Source of the DNA: Octopus vulgaris
Taxonomy: Eukaryota
Direction: 5' to 3'
Length of the DNA: 64,000 bases
Assembly: GCA_951406725.2 (NCBI GenBank)
Contig: OX597820.1
Coordinates: forward strand, 98,890,001 to 98,954,000
The position numbers were made by a program, and so were the translations under genes. The notes under the pieces were generated by a model. That model saw only the letters and a list, made by a program, of their open reading frames with translations, did no database searches and was not told the origin of the DNA. Positions 29,848 through 43,052 of this stretch are shown piece by piece; the first letter of the stretch is position 1; the number at the start of each line of letters is the position of its first letter.

Positions 29848-30642
29848 CGCGTGCGTATATATGTATGTATGTTTGCACATTTATATATGTATGTATGTAT
29901 GTATTATGTATGTGCATATACGTCTCTGTGTGTACACGTATACGTGCATGCATGCATGTGCGTCGGTACAAAGTAATACAGAAGGCAACTTCGAAGATGT
30001 GATATTACGTTTTAAACGCAGACAATGGCTTAATCGTACTTTCAGAATTACTTTTGGTTTCAACTGGCACACTAATAATCTTTACAACTTGCAAATTTTG
30101 TTTTCCTTCTTATCTTATATTATTATTTTTATTTATTGTTATTGTTATTGTTACGTGCTTTAATGTGCTTATTTTTTCTTAAATATGTTATTGATTTTTA
30201 TAATTTTTTAAAAGTATTTTTGTCTTAAATTGTTGTTGGCGGTAGATTGTTTTTAGTAATTTCTCTTAAATTGTATATTTGTTCAAATTTTTTTCTGAAG
30301 AAAAAGGGGTTTTTTTTTTCGTTTCAAAATTGTCTAACAAGTCATTTTAGATTTTTTTTTTATGTTGTTGTTTTCTTATATTTTTTGGTATTTCTTGTGT
30401 TTCTATTTTTATTTGTTGTTTTTTTAGGATATGTTTATTGCTTCTTTTCATGTGTGTATGTGATATTTGCAACGTGTCTGCATGTGTGAGTATCTGTGTG
30501 TATGTATGCTCGTATGCATATATGCATCTATCTATGTGTGTGAGTGTGCGTATGCGTGTGTGCGTGTGTGCATGTGTGTATATGAATAAATGTATGTATA
30601 TATGTATATATATATGTGTGTGTGTGTGAGTATGAGCATATG

Positions 30643-30773
30643 TATAGATAGATAGATAAATAGACAAACAGATAGATAGACAGATAGACAGACAGAAAGA
30701 CAGACAGACAGACAGACAGGCAGGCAGGCAGGTAGGCATGCAGACAGACAGACAGACGGACAGACAGACATAC

Positions 30774-30846
<73 letters not shown>

Positions 30847-30855
30847 TACATACAT

Positions 30856-30939
<84 letters not shown>

Positions 30940-30981
30940 GCAGACAGGCAGACAGACAGACAGATAGATAGACAGACAGAC

Positions 30982-31039
<58 letters not shown>

Positions 31040-31121
31040 GTAGGTAGGTAGGTAGACAGGCAGGCAGGCAGACAGACAGACAGATAGACAGACAGACAGA
31101 CAGATAGATAGACAGACAGAC

Positions 31122-31195
<74 letters not shown>

Positions 31196-31216
31196 GCAGA
31201 CAGGCAGGCAGACAGA
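30643..31216 (+). repeat. compound (GATA)/(GACA)/(GGCA) tetranucleotide array
   Basis: Direct reading. Confidence 0.95.
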
Positions 31217-31946
31217 CATATATATACATGCTTTAGCATGTTTGAATGTGTACATTTGTTCTATATATACATGCATGTATGTATGCATACATATATGTAT
31301 GTGTGTGTGTGCATGTGTGTGTGTGTGTGTGTGTGTGCTTGTATGTGTATGTGAAAACGTAGTACAGAATGTTGTGCGTTGTTCTTCTTACCTGATCGCT
31401 TGTTCGATATTTTACACTGTATTATTATAGCATTACTCATCCAAAACACATCTTATCGCTCATGTCACGCACCAACCAAATTTTCGTCCATTGTCCTCAC
31501 ACTAGTTAAATATTTTTTTTTTTTTGAAAACCATTGCTTCTGTGCATCTTTTTCCTTTTCCTCTGTCTTCGAACAGTAAGTCATTTCGACTTCCTCCCCA
31601 TCTCTCATTATGTATGTTTGTATGCACATATGTACGTATGTATGTACGTATATATGAAAGTATACCTGTATGTATATGTGTATGTATGCATGTATGTTTG
31701 TGTGCATGTATATATATTTATATATATATATACGTATAATTACAATTCTATCATACATATATATATAATAATATTATTGTATGCATAAGTGTGTGTGTGT
31801 GTGTGTGTTTATGTATTAGAATATGTATGTATCTCTCTCATTCTCTCTCTCTCGCTCTCACTCTCTCGCTCTCACTCTCTCGCTCTCACTCTCTCGCTCT
31901 CACTCTCTCTCTTTTTCTGTTGAAAGAGAAAAAGAGAAAGGTGAGA

Positions 31947-31983
<37 letters not shown>

Positions 31984-32243
31984 CGACGACGACTTTGATG
32001 ATGATGAAGAAGAAGAAGAAGAAGAAGAAGATGATGATGATGATGAAGAAGAAGAAGAAGAAGAAGAAGAAGAAGAAGAAGAAGAAGAAGAAGAAGAAGA
32101 AGAAAAAGAAGAAGAATAAGAAGACAATGGCAGCGATATGGATAACGATGATAATAATGATAATGATGATGATGACGATGATGACAACGACGACGAAGCT
32201 GACGACGGTGGCAACAGGATAATGCTGTTCATCATCATCATCC

Positions 32244-32315
<72 letters not shown>

Positions 32316-32322
32316 ATATCAT
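31947..32322 (+). repeat. compound trinucleotide array (GAT)n(GAA)n ... (ATC)n
   Basis: Direct reading; source of the poly-D/E/K/M/S ORFs. Confidence 0.95.
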
Positions 32323-32678
32323 CGCAAAGCTACGGCATGATCAGTTCGACAATTGTTAGCAAATACTTCCTTTTCTCATTTAGGGACGATTTGTTTTCTC
32401 AACAGAAATCACGTAAAATTCTTTCGATGATATTTTGTGCTTTATCATTATTTTGTTTCTGTCATCCTTTTTCTCTTTTTTCTTTTATTTTTTTACATTT
32501 TGCATTTCTTTTGGAAACCATTTCTGTAAAATACGCATGAATTTACTTTCTTAAAAAAAATATAATGTTTAAACAAAACAATTTTGTTTAAACTGAATAC
32601 TTTTATTTAAGCGCCACACGCACATAGACGACATATAAATAGACAGATATACACACATATTTATATATATTCATGTGT

Positions 32679-32789
<111 letters not shown>

Positions 32790-32850
32790 TACATATTTAT
32801 AGTTATATAATATATATATATATATATACACATATACATATATACATATA

Positions 32851-33248
32851 GGCGCAGGAGTGGCTGTGTGGTAAGTAGCTTGCTTACCAACCACATGGTT
32901 CTGGGTTCAGTCCCACTGCGTTGCACCTTGGTGTCTTCTACTATAGCCTCGGGCTGACCAAAACCTTGTGAGTGGATTCGATAGACGGAAGCTGAAAGAA
33001 GCTCGTCGTATATATATGTATATATGTATATGTATGTGTGTGTATATGTTTGTGCATCTGTGTTTGTCCCCCCAGCATCGCTTGACAACCGATGCTGCTG
33101 TGTTTACGTCTCCGTTCGGCAAAAGTAACCGATAGAATAAGTACTAGGCTTACAAAGTCCTGGGGTCGATTTGCTCGACTAAAGGCAGGGCTCCAGCATG
33201 ACTGCAGTCAAATGACTGAAACAAGTAAAAGAGTAAAAGAGAGTAAAA
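32851..33248 (+). mobile_element. SINE family A, near full length
   Basis: GGCGCAGGAGTGGCTGTGTGG head, GGTTCAGTCCC B-box-like motif, GTAAAAGAGTAAAAGAG tail. Confidence 0.92.
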
Positions 33249-33251
33249 GTG

Positions 33252-33287
<36 letters not shown>

Positions 33288-33592
33288 TATGTGTATATAT
33301 ATGTATATGTTTGTATATATATGTATGTATGTATTCGTTCATTTGCAAATTAATAGAACTTAGCATATTAGGAGATTTAAATGCGCTTATAGTTATTTAT
33401 TTTCCAAAGGTAGTTATTATTTAGCTTGTATAAGGAATGTATAATGATTGCGAAGTAAATCGTTTCATCTGAACGAAAACAAAAATATCTACGACCTACA
33501 GCTTCAGTGCTAAATGCAGTTTTCATTAATTAAAGCCAGACAAATATTTACATACATAAATATGTGCACGTATATACATACATACATATATG

Positions 33593-33643
<51 letters not shown>

Positions 33644-33793
33644 GTATATATGCATTTTAAAGCGTGCATTTAGCTCTCCATATGTTTAGGTTTGAATATA
33701 AACTTATTTATATTCAAACCTAAACATTTCTATATGTGTTTGTGGATTTGAGTCTGGATGGTATCAAATATAAAATATGGCAATGTGCTTATA

Positions 33794-33852
<59 letters not shown>

Positions 33853-33861
<9 letters not shown>

Positions 33862-34744
33862 TTTTGTTTTTTTATATCTGTCCCTTTTGCTGTCCTGGTG
33901 TTCGTATGCATTCGATCCTTCTTCCAGGAAATCTACGCTTCCAGCTTAGTTTTTCTAATGCTCGTTGCTTAGTTTTTCTTGGAGGGCTGGCCGTGATCTA
34001 GTAATCTCAAGATTAATCAGCCGAAATTACTACGATGATCCGGTTCTTGACTGAAGACTGAGGGTTTCGAATGTCCTGTCCGTGTTTATTGTGTCGTCTT
34101 CTAAGAGTTATACGTTCTTGTCCATGTTGTATTTTTCTACATACCTTAACATATATTCCAGGCGCCCCGTACCCTCTTAACATTAATGTGAGCACATATT
34201 CTTAATAATTGGTACGACTCTCTGTTTGTCTCTCTCTCTCCCTCATTTTTACTTGATCTGTCCCCTTCTCTCTCTCTTCTCTCTCCTCTCTTTTCTCTCT
34301 ACTCATCCTCTTTTTCTCTTCTCTTTCCTCTGATTCTTTGGTCTAATCTTCCACTACCCTCCTATTTCTTTGTCTCGCTCTGCACTCACAGGTCAATCTT
34401 CGACACCCATCCCTTCTCCTCTCTGATTCCTTCTTTCTCTCTCTTTCTCTCTCTTTGTTGCGTTTGTCCCTCCTCTCTCTCTCTCTTCCTTTGCTTCTCT
34501 TTCTTTTCTGGCTGAAATCTGCCTTTCAGCTTCTGACCATCGTATAACATCGTTGTTTTTCGTCCGCCGCTATAAATCCAATGCGCCAGAGAAAAAATTT
34601 GTTTGCTTGTTATCAGTCGTAAGACACTTGTTGTTTTCACCGTTAATGCTTCTGTTCATGTTTCTGTATTCCATTATTGTTTTTTGTTTTTTTTATATCT
34701 GTCCCTTTTGCTGTCCTGGTGTTCGTATGCATTCGATCCTTCTT
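33853..34744 (+). mobile_element. non-coding PLE-type unit with ~71-bp terminal direct repeats, flanked by (TA)n
   Basis: 33853-33923 is nearly identical to 34673-34744. The internal block is shared with 19545-19972. Confidence 0.65.
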
Positions 34745-34754
34745 ATATATATAT

Positions 34755-34834
<80 letters not shown>

Positions 34835-35149
34835 TATACATATGCATATATACCCATGTTATCTTCTCGTTGGCAAAAGTTGTCCACCAGAAGGCCACTC
34901 AGCCCCTCATCCCTTTCCTCATATATTGACACTGAACACAGGTATGACCTCTCGTCATTTTTCTCGTTATATGAGTATATTAAGTCCGAAATATTGAGGT
35001 ATAAGTGTACGATGCTACTTTTGTTTAATACTCGCTTATACACTTTTAGTTCCGACTTTGTGGTGGCTTTCTAAATCAGTATTTGAGATCACATGCATTT
35101 TTAGTCATTATTTTGTTTGACTAATTTTTATTGAACTTATTTCAGAAAA

Positions 35150-35450
35150 TAACAATGACAGGCTTTATGCTTACTAATGAAATGAAAAGGCGTACTGTGA
35201 TTGTGGCTTTGGAGTCTAAGTATGGGGATTTAGAAATTTTTCGTTTTCTGAAAGTTGCAATATCTTTTGTCCACAACATTCGGTGTGAGTTAGACAAGGA
35301 AGATGGAAGCGTATTACCTTTATCAAAATGTAAAAAGCATTCCAAACGCTCTGATTCTGTCAGGACACCGGAATTTATTCAGGAGGTCTGTTATTATATA
35401 AACGGTTTTTTAAACCATAAATCTGTCCTCAAATACCGTCCGCACCCTGT
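35150..35450 (+). mobile_element. maT/Tc1-like deletion derivative: transposase N-terminus joined to the right TIR
   Basis: MKRRTVIVALESKYGDLEIFRFLKVAISFVHNIRCEL...KKHSKRSDSVRTPEFIQEV (HTH-like), followed by AAATACCGTCCGCACCCTG, which reads CAGGGTGCGGACGGTATTT in reverse. Confidence 0.7.
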
Positions 35451-35479
35451 TTGCATGCGTATGTATGTGTATGTATGTG

Positions 35480-35510
<31 letters not shown>

Positions 35511-35524
35511 ATGTATATAATATA

Positions 35525-35860
35525 AGGAGTGGCTGTGTGTTAACTAGCTTGCTGACCAACCACATGGCTCCGGATTCAGTCCCACTGCGTGGCACCTTTA
35601 GCTAGTGACTTCTATTATAACTTCGAGGTTATAGTGGATTTTTCGTAGACGGAAACTGAAATAAACCCATCGTATATGTGTGTGTGTGTGTCTGTGTCTG
35701 TGTTTGTCTCCCCCAACAATACTTGACAACCGATGCTAGTGTATTTACATCGCCGTAACTAGGCTTACAAAGAATAAGTCCCGAGTCGACTTGCTCGACT
35801 AAAGGCGGTGCTCCAGTATGGCTGTAGTCAAATGATTAAAACAAAGAAAATAATAAAAGA
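35525..35860 (+). mobile_element. SINE family A, partly deleted
   Basis: Family A motifs in order. Confidence 0.8.
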
Positions 35861-36203
35861 ATATATGCTTGTATGTCTTCTTGTGAATATGTGTATGTTT
35901 TCATTTAAGTCACACACGGTTTTTACGTGTAAAAAGATTATTCAAAACATTGCAGAGCTGAATATCATCGTAAACCGACCCTTGTCAGCTGAGTAACACA
36001 ACACACATAGAAATCTATACACTAAAACATTTTTCTATACGAAACATTCGAAGTAACATGTGGTCCCGTTTTTCACGTTCTCCCTTTTTTACTTGTTATA
36101 TTTCAAATTTACCTTATGAATATGTGCACCGTGAAAACGTATATTCACACTTATAAATGCATAGAATAACACTATTTACACCAAATGTGAAAACTTTTTA
36201 TGT

Positions 36204-36591
36204 CATCATCATCATTGTTCGACCGTGGTCGAGACAATGGAATTTACCATGCTACGCCAGACTTCACGGTCCATCATAGCATTACGGAGGTCCTGTTGCT
36301 GGATGCCTGTATCCCTGGAGATTACATCAGGGTAGGAGAGTGTGCGCCTTCTGGTATTGCGAGTAGATGGCTTCCAGAGGAGAAGAGGAGAAATTGCCTC
36401 GTTTTCAGCTCTACAACAAAGTCCAGCAAACTGGACTCTCCTACCTTTCACAAGAGATGACACAGGTGGTAGTTTCCCATATATTTGCATTTTGGTTGGA
36501 TGACGCTTCCACGAGAGATTTTGAGCTCTCATAAGGAGGCGAGTGTAGGTTCCATCCAACCGCCTCTCAAGCTTCTTTAATAACGTCCAGG
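36204..36591 (-). mobile_element. 5'-truncated RTE-type LINE (ORF C-terminus plus (TGA)n tail)
   Basis: TWTL..KLERRLDGTYTRLLMRAQNLSWKRHPT...RRVQFAG...DREVWR; (TCA)n tail; candidate TSD TTATGT at 36198-36203 and 36592-36597. Confidence 0.88.
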
Positions 36592-36614
36592 TTATGTACA
36601 TATTCTACAAGTAT

Positions 36615-36680
<66 letters not shown>

Positions 36681-36808
36681 GCATGTGTAATATGTATATA
36701 AAAATTCGACGCTTTTTCAGTCTTTTGTCCTTTTTTCATATATATATATATATATATATGTATTTATGTATGTATGTATGTATTTATGTATGTATGTATG
36801 TATGTATG

Positions 36809-37246
36809 TATATACATACAAAGCTGAAGTTGTGTGTGTGTGTAGCAGGTTTGGTTGCCTTCAACTAGCACTATCTACTCCGAGACCCTGCGGCGCAAGT
36901 TGACCAAAATTGAGAGTATGATAGAAGAAGGCTTGCTCTTCATTCCGTAGAAGAAAAAATTCAAATCGGACCATGTTAACACCAAAACTTTTTTACATCA
37001 AAAAGATACTTTTGTCTATGAAAATTCCTATTTTTTATGATTTTTTGACGGCTGAGTCGCCATTTTTCGGTGTATTTCAACCACAAAAATGTTTACTTAA
37101 AGAGAATAACAAGCTACATAATACAAGATTTTTACTTTTCAAAAGAGATTGAAACTATGTCAAAACTTTATTAACGAGACATCAAAGTCTGCCGTTTTGA
37201 GTGCAACTAAAAAAACAAACCCAAGCAACGCCGGGCCATACTGCTA

Positions 37247-37247
<1 letters not shown>
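36809..37247 (+). mobile_element. non-autonomous Helitron
   Basis: 3' hairpin-like CCCAAGCAACGCCGGG followed by CTAG|T at 37244-37248. The 5' end merges into microsatellite before AAAGCTGAAGTTGTGTG. Confidence 0.7.
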
Positions 37248-37307
<60 letters not shown>

Positions 37308-37441
37308 CATATGTACAAATATATATACATACATATATATTATATATAAAGGAAAAGTTTACGAATATAAACAAAAGACGAAGGCAGGTGGTGTACAAAC
37401 AAACAGATGTATTAGTATAGCACTCAGGAATAGAAAAAGTC

Positions 37442-37475
37442 TTTTACGTTTCGAGCCTACGCTCTTCTACAGAAA
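37442..37475 (-). ncRNA. minimal hammerhead-like motif, variant core CUGUAGA
   Basis: Minus strand reads TTT-CTGTAGA-A-GAGC-gtag-GCTC-GAAA-CGT-A-AAA, inside a PLE-type fragment at 37345-37575. Confidence 0.55.
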
Positions 37476-37992
37476 GGTACACAGAAAAAACAAGGAGAGA
37501 AACAAAGAGAGAAAAAAAGGAGAGAAAAAAAGGAGGGAAAAAATGTGTGTAGTAGCTAACGATCTATCATGGCGTATATATGTATATATATACATATATA
37601 CTATATATACATATATAAGTTACATTGCGGAACAGTCATTTTAACGAGTTCTATTTATTTATTTATCACCCGACGAGATGCATCTGCACCACCGTATGTT
37701 CCTGGGCCAGTTGTTGAGTGTGCCACCCAAGAGAAATCGATGCTAGATGCGTCGAAACAATTGTCATGATTAATGATAAATTTTCGTGTATTCCATCTTC
37801 TGTCTTTCATTTGCTATATACCTAACGATTACTCTAAAAGTGACCGTGCTTTACCATTCGTTTTATTATCCATTACATATATATATATATATATTGATTG
37901 ATTGATTGATTCTAGTTTCAGCTTATGAGCTGTGGCCATATATGTGTGTGTCTGTATGTGTGTATAATATATATATATATATGTATAATATG

Positions 37993-38187
37993 TTTTATAA
38001 TTATGAATATAATTATAATTAGGGTTTGGCAAAAAATTTGCTTAACCACATACCGAACTTTAGAAATAGCAGCCAAAGAACCTAGTTATTTCTTCTACTG
38101 TAAGAAACAACTATTTCTAAAGTTCGGTATGTGGTTAAGCAATTTTTTTGCCAAACCCTAATTATAATTATATTCATAATTATAAAA
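37993..38187. repeat. 77-bp inverted repeat with 41-bp spacer
   Basis: 37993-38069 versus 38111-38187, one mismatch. Confidence 0.9.
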
Positions 38188-38302
38188 AAATATTGTTTAA
38201 GTTTACCGTAAATGATCCTTTTAACATGCCGAATACTACTTGGTAGAATTACTAATTATTAATTAATTAATTAATTTTACCCTTTATTATTATTGAATTC
38301 TA

Positions 38303-38836
<534 letters not shown>

Positions 38837-38930
38837 TATATATATATAAATTCATACATGAATATGAATATATGTGCATGTATCTGTGTATATGTGCAAA
38901 TATATACATACACATATGTGTCTGTGGAAG

Positions 38931-39011
<81 letters not shown>

Positions 39012-39623
39012 AATGAGTTAAGTTTGAGCTTGTGTGTATGTATACGTTTGTGTGTGGGTGTGTATGTACGAATGTGTTTTGAGCGTGTGCGTGTATTTGC
39101 GTGTGTTTGTGCGTGTGCATGTGTATGCGAATGTGTATGTGTGTATGTGTGTGCGCGCGTGTGTGTGTGTGTCCAAAATTTGTAAAACTCATATACACAA
39201 TTTTACTTGCCACCCTGAACCAAGCCCACCCGAATCAAACTCTAAGTGTAAAATCGTGTTAATAATGGACAATAACGCTTCGAATTTCTTTCGCAATATG
39301 GCGATTCTCTGGAGGTTTCCAGCTACAATCTTTTTCCTTCTTTCTTTCGCTCTTTTTCATTTTATTTCTCTCAATGTCTCAGTAAGAAACATGATTTCTA
39401 TAATTCTTCAAATATTCGTTTGTATAATTGCCTTTAAATAGTTTTCGATCTTGTGATCGCAAATTAAACATAATTTCACTTGCTTTCTTTCTTCTCTTTT
39501 GCTCTCCCACATTTACACGCAGGCACATACACAAACTTACAACCCCCTCAAACACATGCACACATTCACAAACATACACACACACACACATACGTACGTA
39601 TATGTGCATATATATGTGTGTGC

Positions 39624-39677
<54 letters not shown>

Positions 39678-40428
39678 GCATGTATATATATATATAAATA
39701 CACATACACATACATATATATACACACATAAATACATACATACATACATACATACATACATACATACATACATACATACAATATTTGCGTTGGATGAAGC
39801 AGTCAATGTTGTATAGGGATATTAACATACTCAACTACATCCATTTGTACACTTAATCATATATATATGTGTGTTTGTATGTGTGTGTGTGCTTGCACAT
39901 ATGTGTTTGCATGTATATAAATATATATATATATGTGTGTGTGTGTGTGTATGCATGTATGTATGTACGTACGTATGTAATCATGCACTAATCGTACATT
40001 TGAAGTTAAAGGAGGGTGACTATTTCAATAATTAAACTATTGACAAAATTCCAACTTAAAGACTTAGTACATTATATTTAAAACTAAAATATTACATTTT
40101 GATCTATGCCAAAGCACCGAAATTAATAATTTATAAATAAGATAATACATACTTATAGCTGAAAATGAAGGATAAAAAAGGGTTCGTAACGTATACTTGT
40201 ACTGTCAAAAATAACCGCTAACTGTTTTATGATAATTACGAAGAAGTTAAGAATCGGTTAAGAATGATGATACTACAATGGTTGTTCCAAATGTTTGAGC
40301 TTGACTATGTTCACTTTCACAATGATTCCAAATGTAATGTCATGTTTAAGAGACAGAGTTCAAAACTTTTGGAACATCATACGTAAATTACAAAGATTTC
40401 ATAAAGTAATTTGCAAAACATCAAAAGA

Positions 40429-40459
<31 letters not shown>

Positions 40460-40489
40460 GTTGTTATTATTATTATTATTATTATTATA

Positions 40490-41097
40490 TTTATGTCGAA
40501 CAGCTACTGTCGCGTATAGGACAGACCGGCTATCAGCTGAATCCATAGTGAAGATTAACCCGCCAACCTCCTTTAACCGGGAGGGCAAGGCAGTTTTCCT
40601 TTGCCTAGTGGCTGTAGCGAAAGAGGTTGTATGGTGGACCCGTTTGAAAGGGCTAAGGTCAGACACTTTTCTCTTTGGCCCAGGCCTCATCAACTTTTTC
40701 AAGTTCCACTTGAAAAGGAAGGTGAGAGTAGAGAGGGAAGTGCTGTCCGATAGCAAGTTTTCTGAAAGGTGGATAAATGTCGCAAGAATTGCCAGTATGA
40801 AAGGAGCCATTCTGAGGCTACACGTGTGATTTGAAAAGGTAATATAAAAGAAGAAAGGGGCTCTCTACCCCCTTTTTGACCAGGCTCCCGTTGGCTTTTA
40901 TGGGTTTTTTTCCACCAGGAACCTTTCGTAACGCCTCTCCCTATTGGGAGCTTTTTCGTTGTTATATTTTCGTTGTTAAACTTTTTTTACTCGATTTTTT
41001 CACAAACGGACAAAACCCTTTGTGACCTTTCGTCCTGTTTTGTCCCTTTTTTGTTATACTTAATTTTTGTCAGCCCTTGTGGCCAATAAAAGAATTT
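40490..41097 (+). mobile_element. 5'-truncated Tx1/L1-like LINE 3' end inside an (ATT)n microsatellite
   Basis: ...FLCLVAVAKEVVWWTRLKG...KFSERW...* resembles the Tx1/L1 AKxxIWxxR C-terminus. T-rich UTR ends AGCCCTTGTGGCCAATAAAAGAATTT(ATT)n. A diverged reverse fragment lies at ~41690-41810. Confidence 0.7.
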
Positions 41098-41815
41098 ATT
41101 ATTATTATTATTATTATTATTCAATTAATATTATTCTGGTACATCTTTTACTACAATATTCATCATAAAACTGCGAGATCCATAAAACTTCGTTTTCCAT
41201 CGTTATTTGTCAATATATTGAGATGGTTCCTAATTCTCGTCCTTATTAAAGCAACGGCAAGCTAACTATTTCTCCAACTCACTGTCATTAACACTTTCCA
41301 ATCCGAGCAATGATATAAAATACATTATCTTTCCACTCATTTTCATTTTGCTTTCTCCACTGTTATCAGTTCCTTCTCTATTTCTCGTTTAACAGCATCC
41401 TCTTCCACACCAACTCCTTAGAAGGCAGTAAGTGAGTATAAATTGCTAATTATAACATGGGAATAGTACTTGCTTATAAGCATAGAACACTTTTATATGA
41501 GCAAAATCACTGATAAAATATGGTACTTGCATACATAAATAATACAGTCTTCTTGATATAGGAGGAACTTCAGCTGGTCTCAATCAGATGACCTCCATCC
41601 CGCTAAAAACCAAAATCATTCTGACCACTTAAGCTGTGTCCGCACCCAAACGGTTGTTCTCCGACCTATAGAGATGTGCTTAGGTTAGTTCCAATCAGTA
41701 GCCATTTTTGTCACAGTCACCTACAAATTCACTAGAAAGCACTTCCGTCTCCTCACCTTCAAAATGGAACTTAAAGAGGTTGATGAGGTCTTTGATCTAA
41801 GAGAAAATTGCATGT

Positions 41816-41868
41816 CCTTGTGGGTGGATTTGGTAGACAGAAACTGAAAGAAGCCCGTCGTATATATG

Positions 41869-41957
<89 letters not shown>

Positions 41958-42078
41958 ATGTATGTGTGTGTGCATGTTTGTGTATCTGTTTGTCGCCCCA
42001 ACATCGCCTGACAACCAATGCTGGTGTGTTTACGTCCCCGTAACTTAGCGGTTCGGCGAAAGAGACCGATAGAATAAG
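41816..42078 (+). mobile_element. SINE family A, internal fragment
   Basis: GTGGATTTGGTAGAC...GGTTCGGCGAAAGAGACCGATAGAATAAG. Confidence 0.8.
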
Positions 42079-42079
42079 C

Positions 42080-42373
42080 CAGGGGTTCCCAGCCGCAGGG
42101 TCACAGATCAATACTACGATGTGGATCGTTTGGTACCCGGCCACACAGAAAGAATAAATCTTCTACTTTTGAGTTGTTACTACGTAATAATAGTAGAAAT
42201 AGAGCGAGTACTATACAAGTAATAGTTACATCGGTATTATATACATAATAATTCAATTATATAATGTACACTTTAAACCATTGTGTTATGCATTTGATGG
42301 CCTGGACTGTGGAAAAAAACTTGTCTGGTATAAAACTGGTCGTCCGGAGTGCCAAACAGTTAGGGGATCGCTG
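42080..42373 (+). mobile_element. hAT (Charlie/MER1-like) MITE
   Basis: Ends CAGGGGTTCCCA and TAGGGGATCGCTG. Subterminal TGTGGAAAAAAACTTGTCT...AAACTGGTC...GTGCCAAA. The 8-bp flanks GAATAAGC and CTTTAAGC match only partly. Confidence 0.65.
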
Positions 42374-42486
42374 CTTTAAGCCTCATCCACCGCACAGCCT
42401 CTTTCGACATAACAACAGAGTAGCGAAAGCTGCTGCTCTGCTCTACTAAAGGAGAGTGACAGGACGGTATTCACGATGGACTCGAG

Positions 42487-42565
42487 CGATAGCTGAATCT
42501 AGCCTACACGCGATAGCTGAATCTAGCCTACACGCGATAGCTGAATCTAACCTACACGCGATAGC
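42487..42565 (+). repeat. 24-bp minisatellite, 3.3 copies
   Basis: CGATAGCTGAATCTAGCCTACACG three times, with one substitution. Confidence 0.95.
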
Positions 42566-43020
42566 AGCTGTTTAGCATAACTACACAAGTCAGCTATGTT
42601 CGGACACGATATCTTATGCAACAGCTCAGCAGCTCATTCCACCCGATAGGGTGGAGTTATTTGCTATGATATATAATACATTGAAGTTAAATACTAGACC
42701 ACTGGTGACCGATATCTGATACACCTTCTAAAGTTGTTCAAATCTCTCATAATTTCCATTTTCTTATTCTATATCTTTGTACATTTCCCTAACAAAGAGG
42801 AAATATCACATGCACGCGTTTCATCTATTCTTAACCACTGCACTAAGTTGCATTCTTGCCCCCAAAATAGCCCCTTTTTCACGCCAGGGAGACCGACAGG
42901 AAATTTATTCACGCAGTTACTTATACATACACACATATATCCATGTGTGTGTGTGTATGTATGTATGTTTTTTATGTATGTATGTATGTATGTATGTATG
43001 TATGTATGTATGTATGTATG

Positions 43021-43052
<32 letters not shown>

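Noticed and set aside
31791-32359. Poly-D/E, poly-K and poly-S ORFs
   Set aside because: Pure trinucleotide arrays with no flanking coding context.
42487-42565. CRISPR-like repeat
   Set aside because: Units are contiguous with no spacers, there are no cas genes, and the context is eukaryotic.
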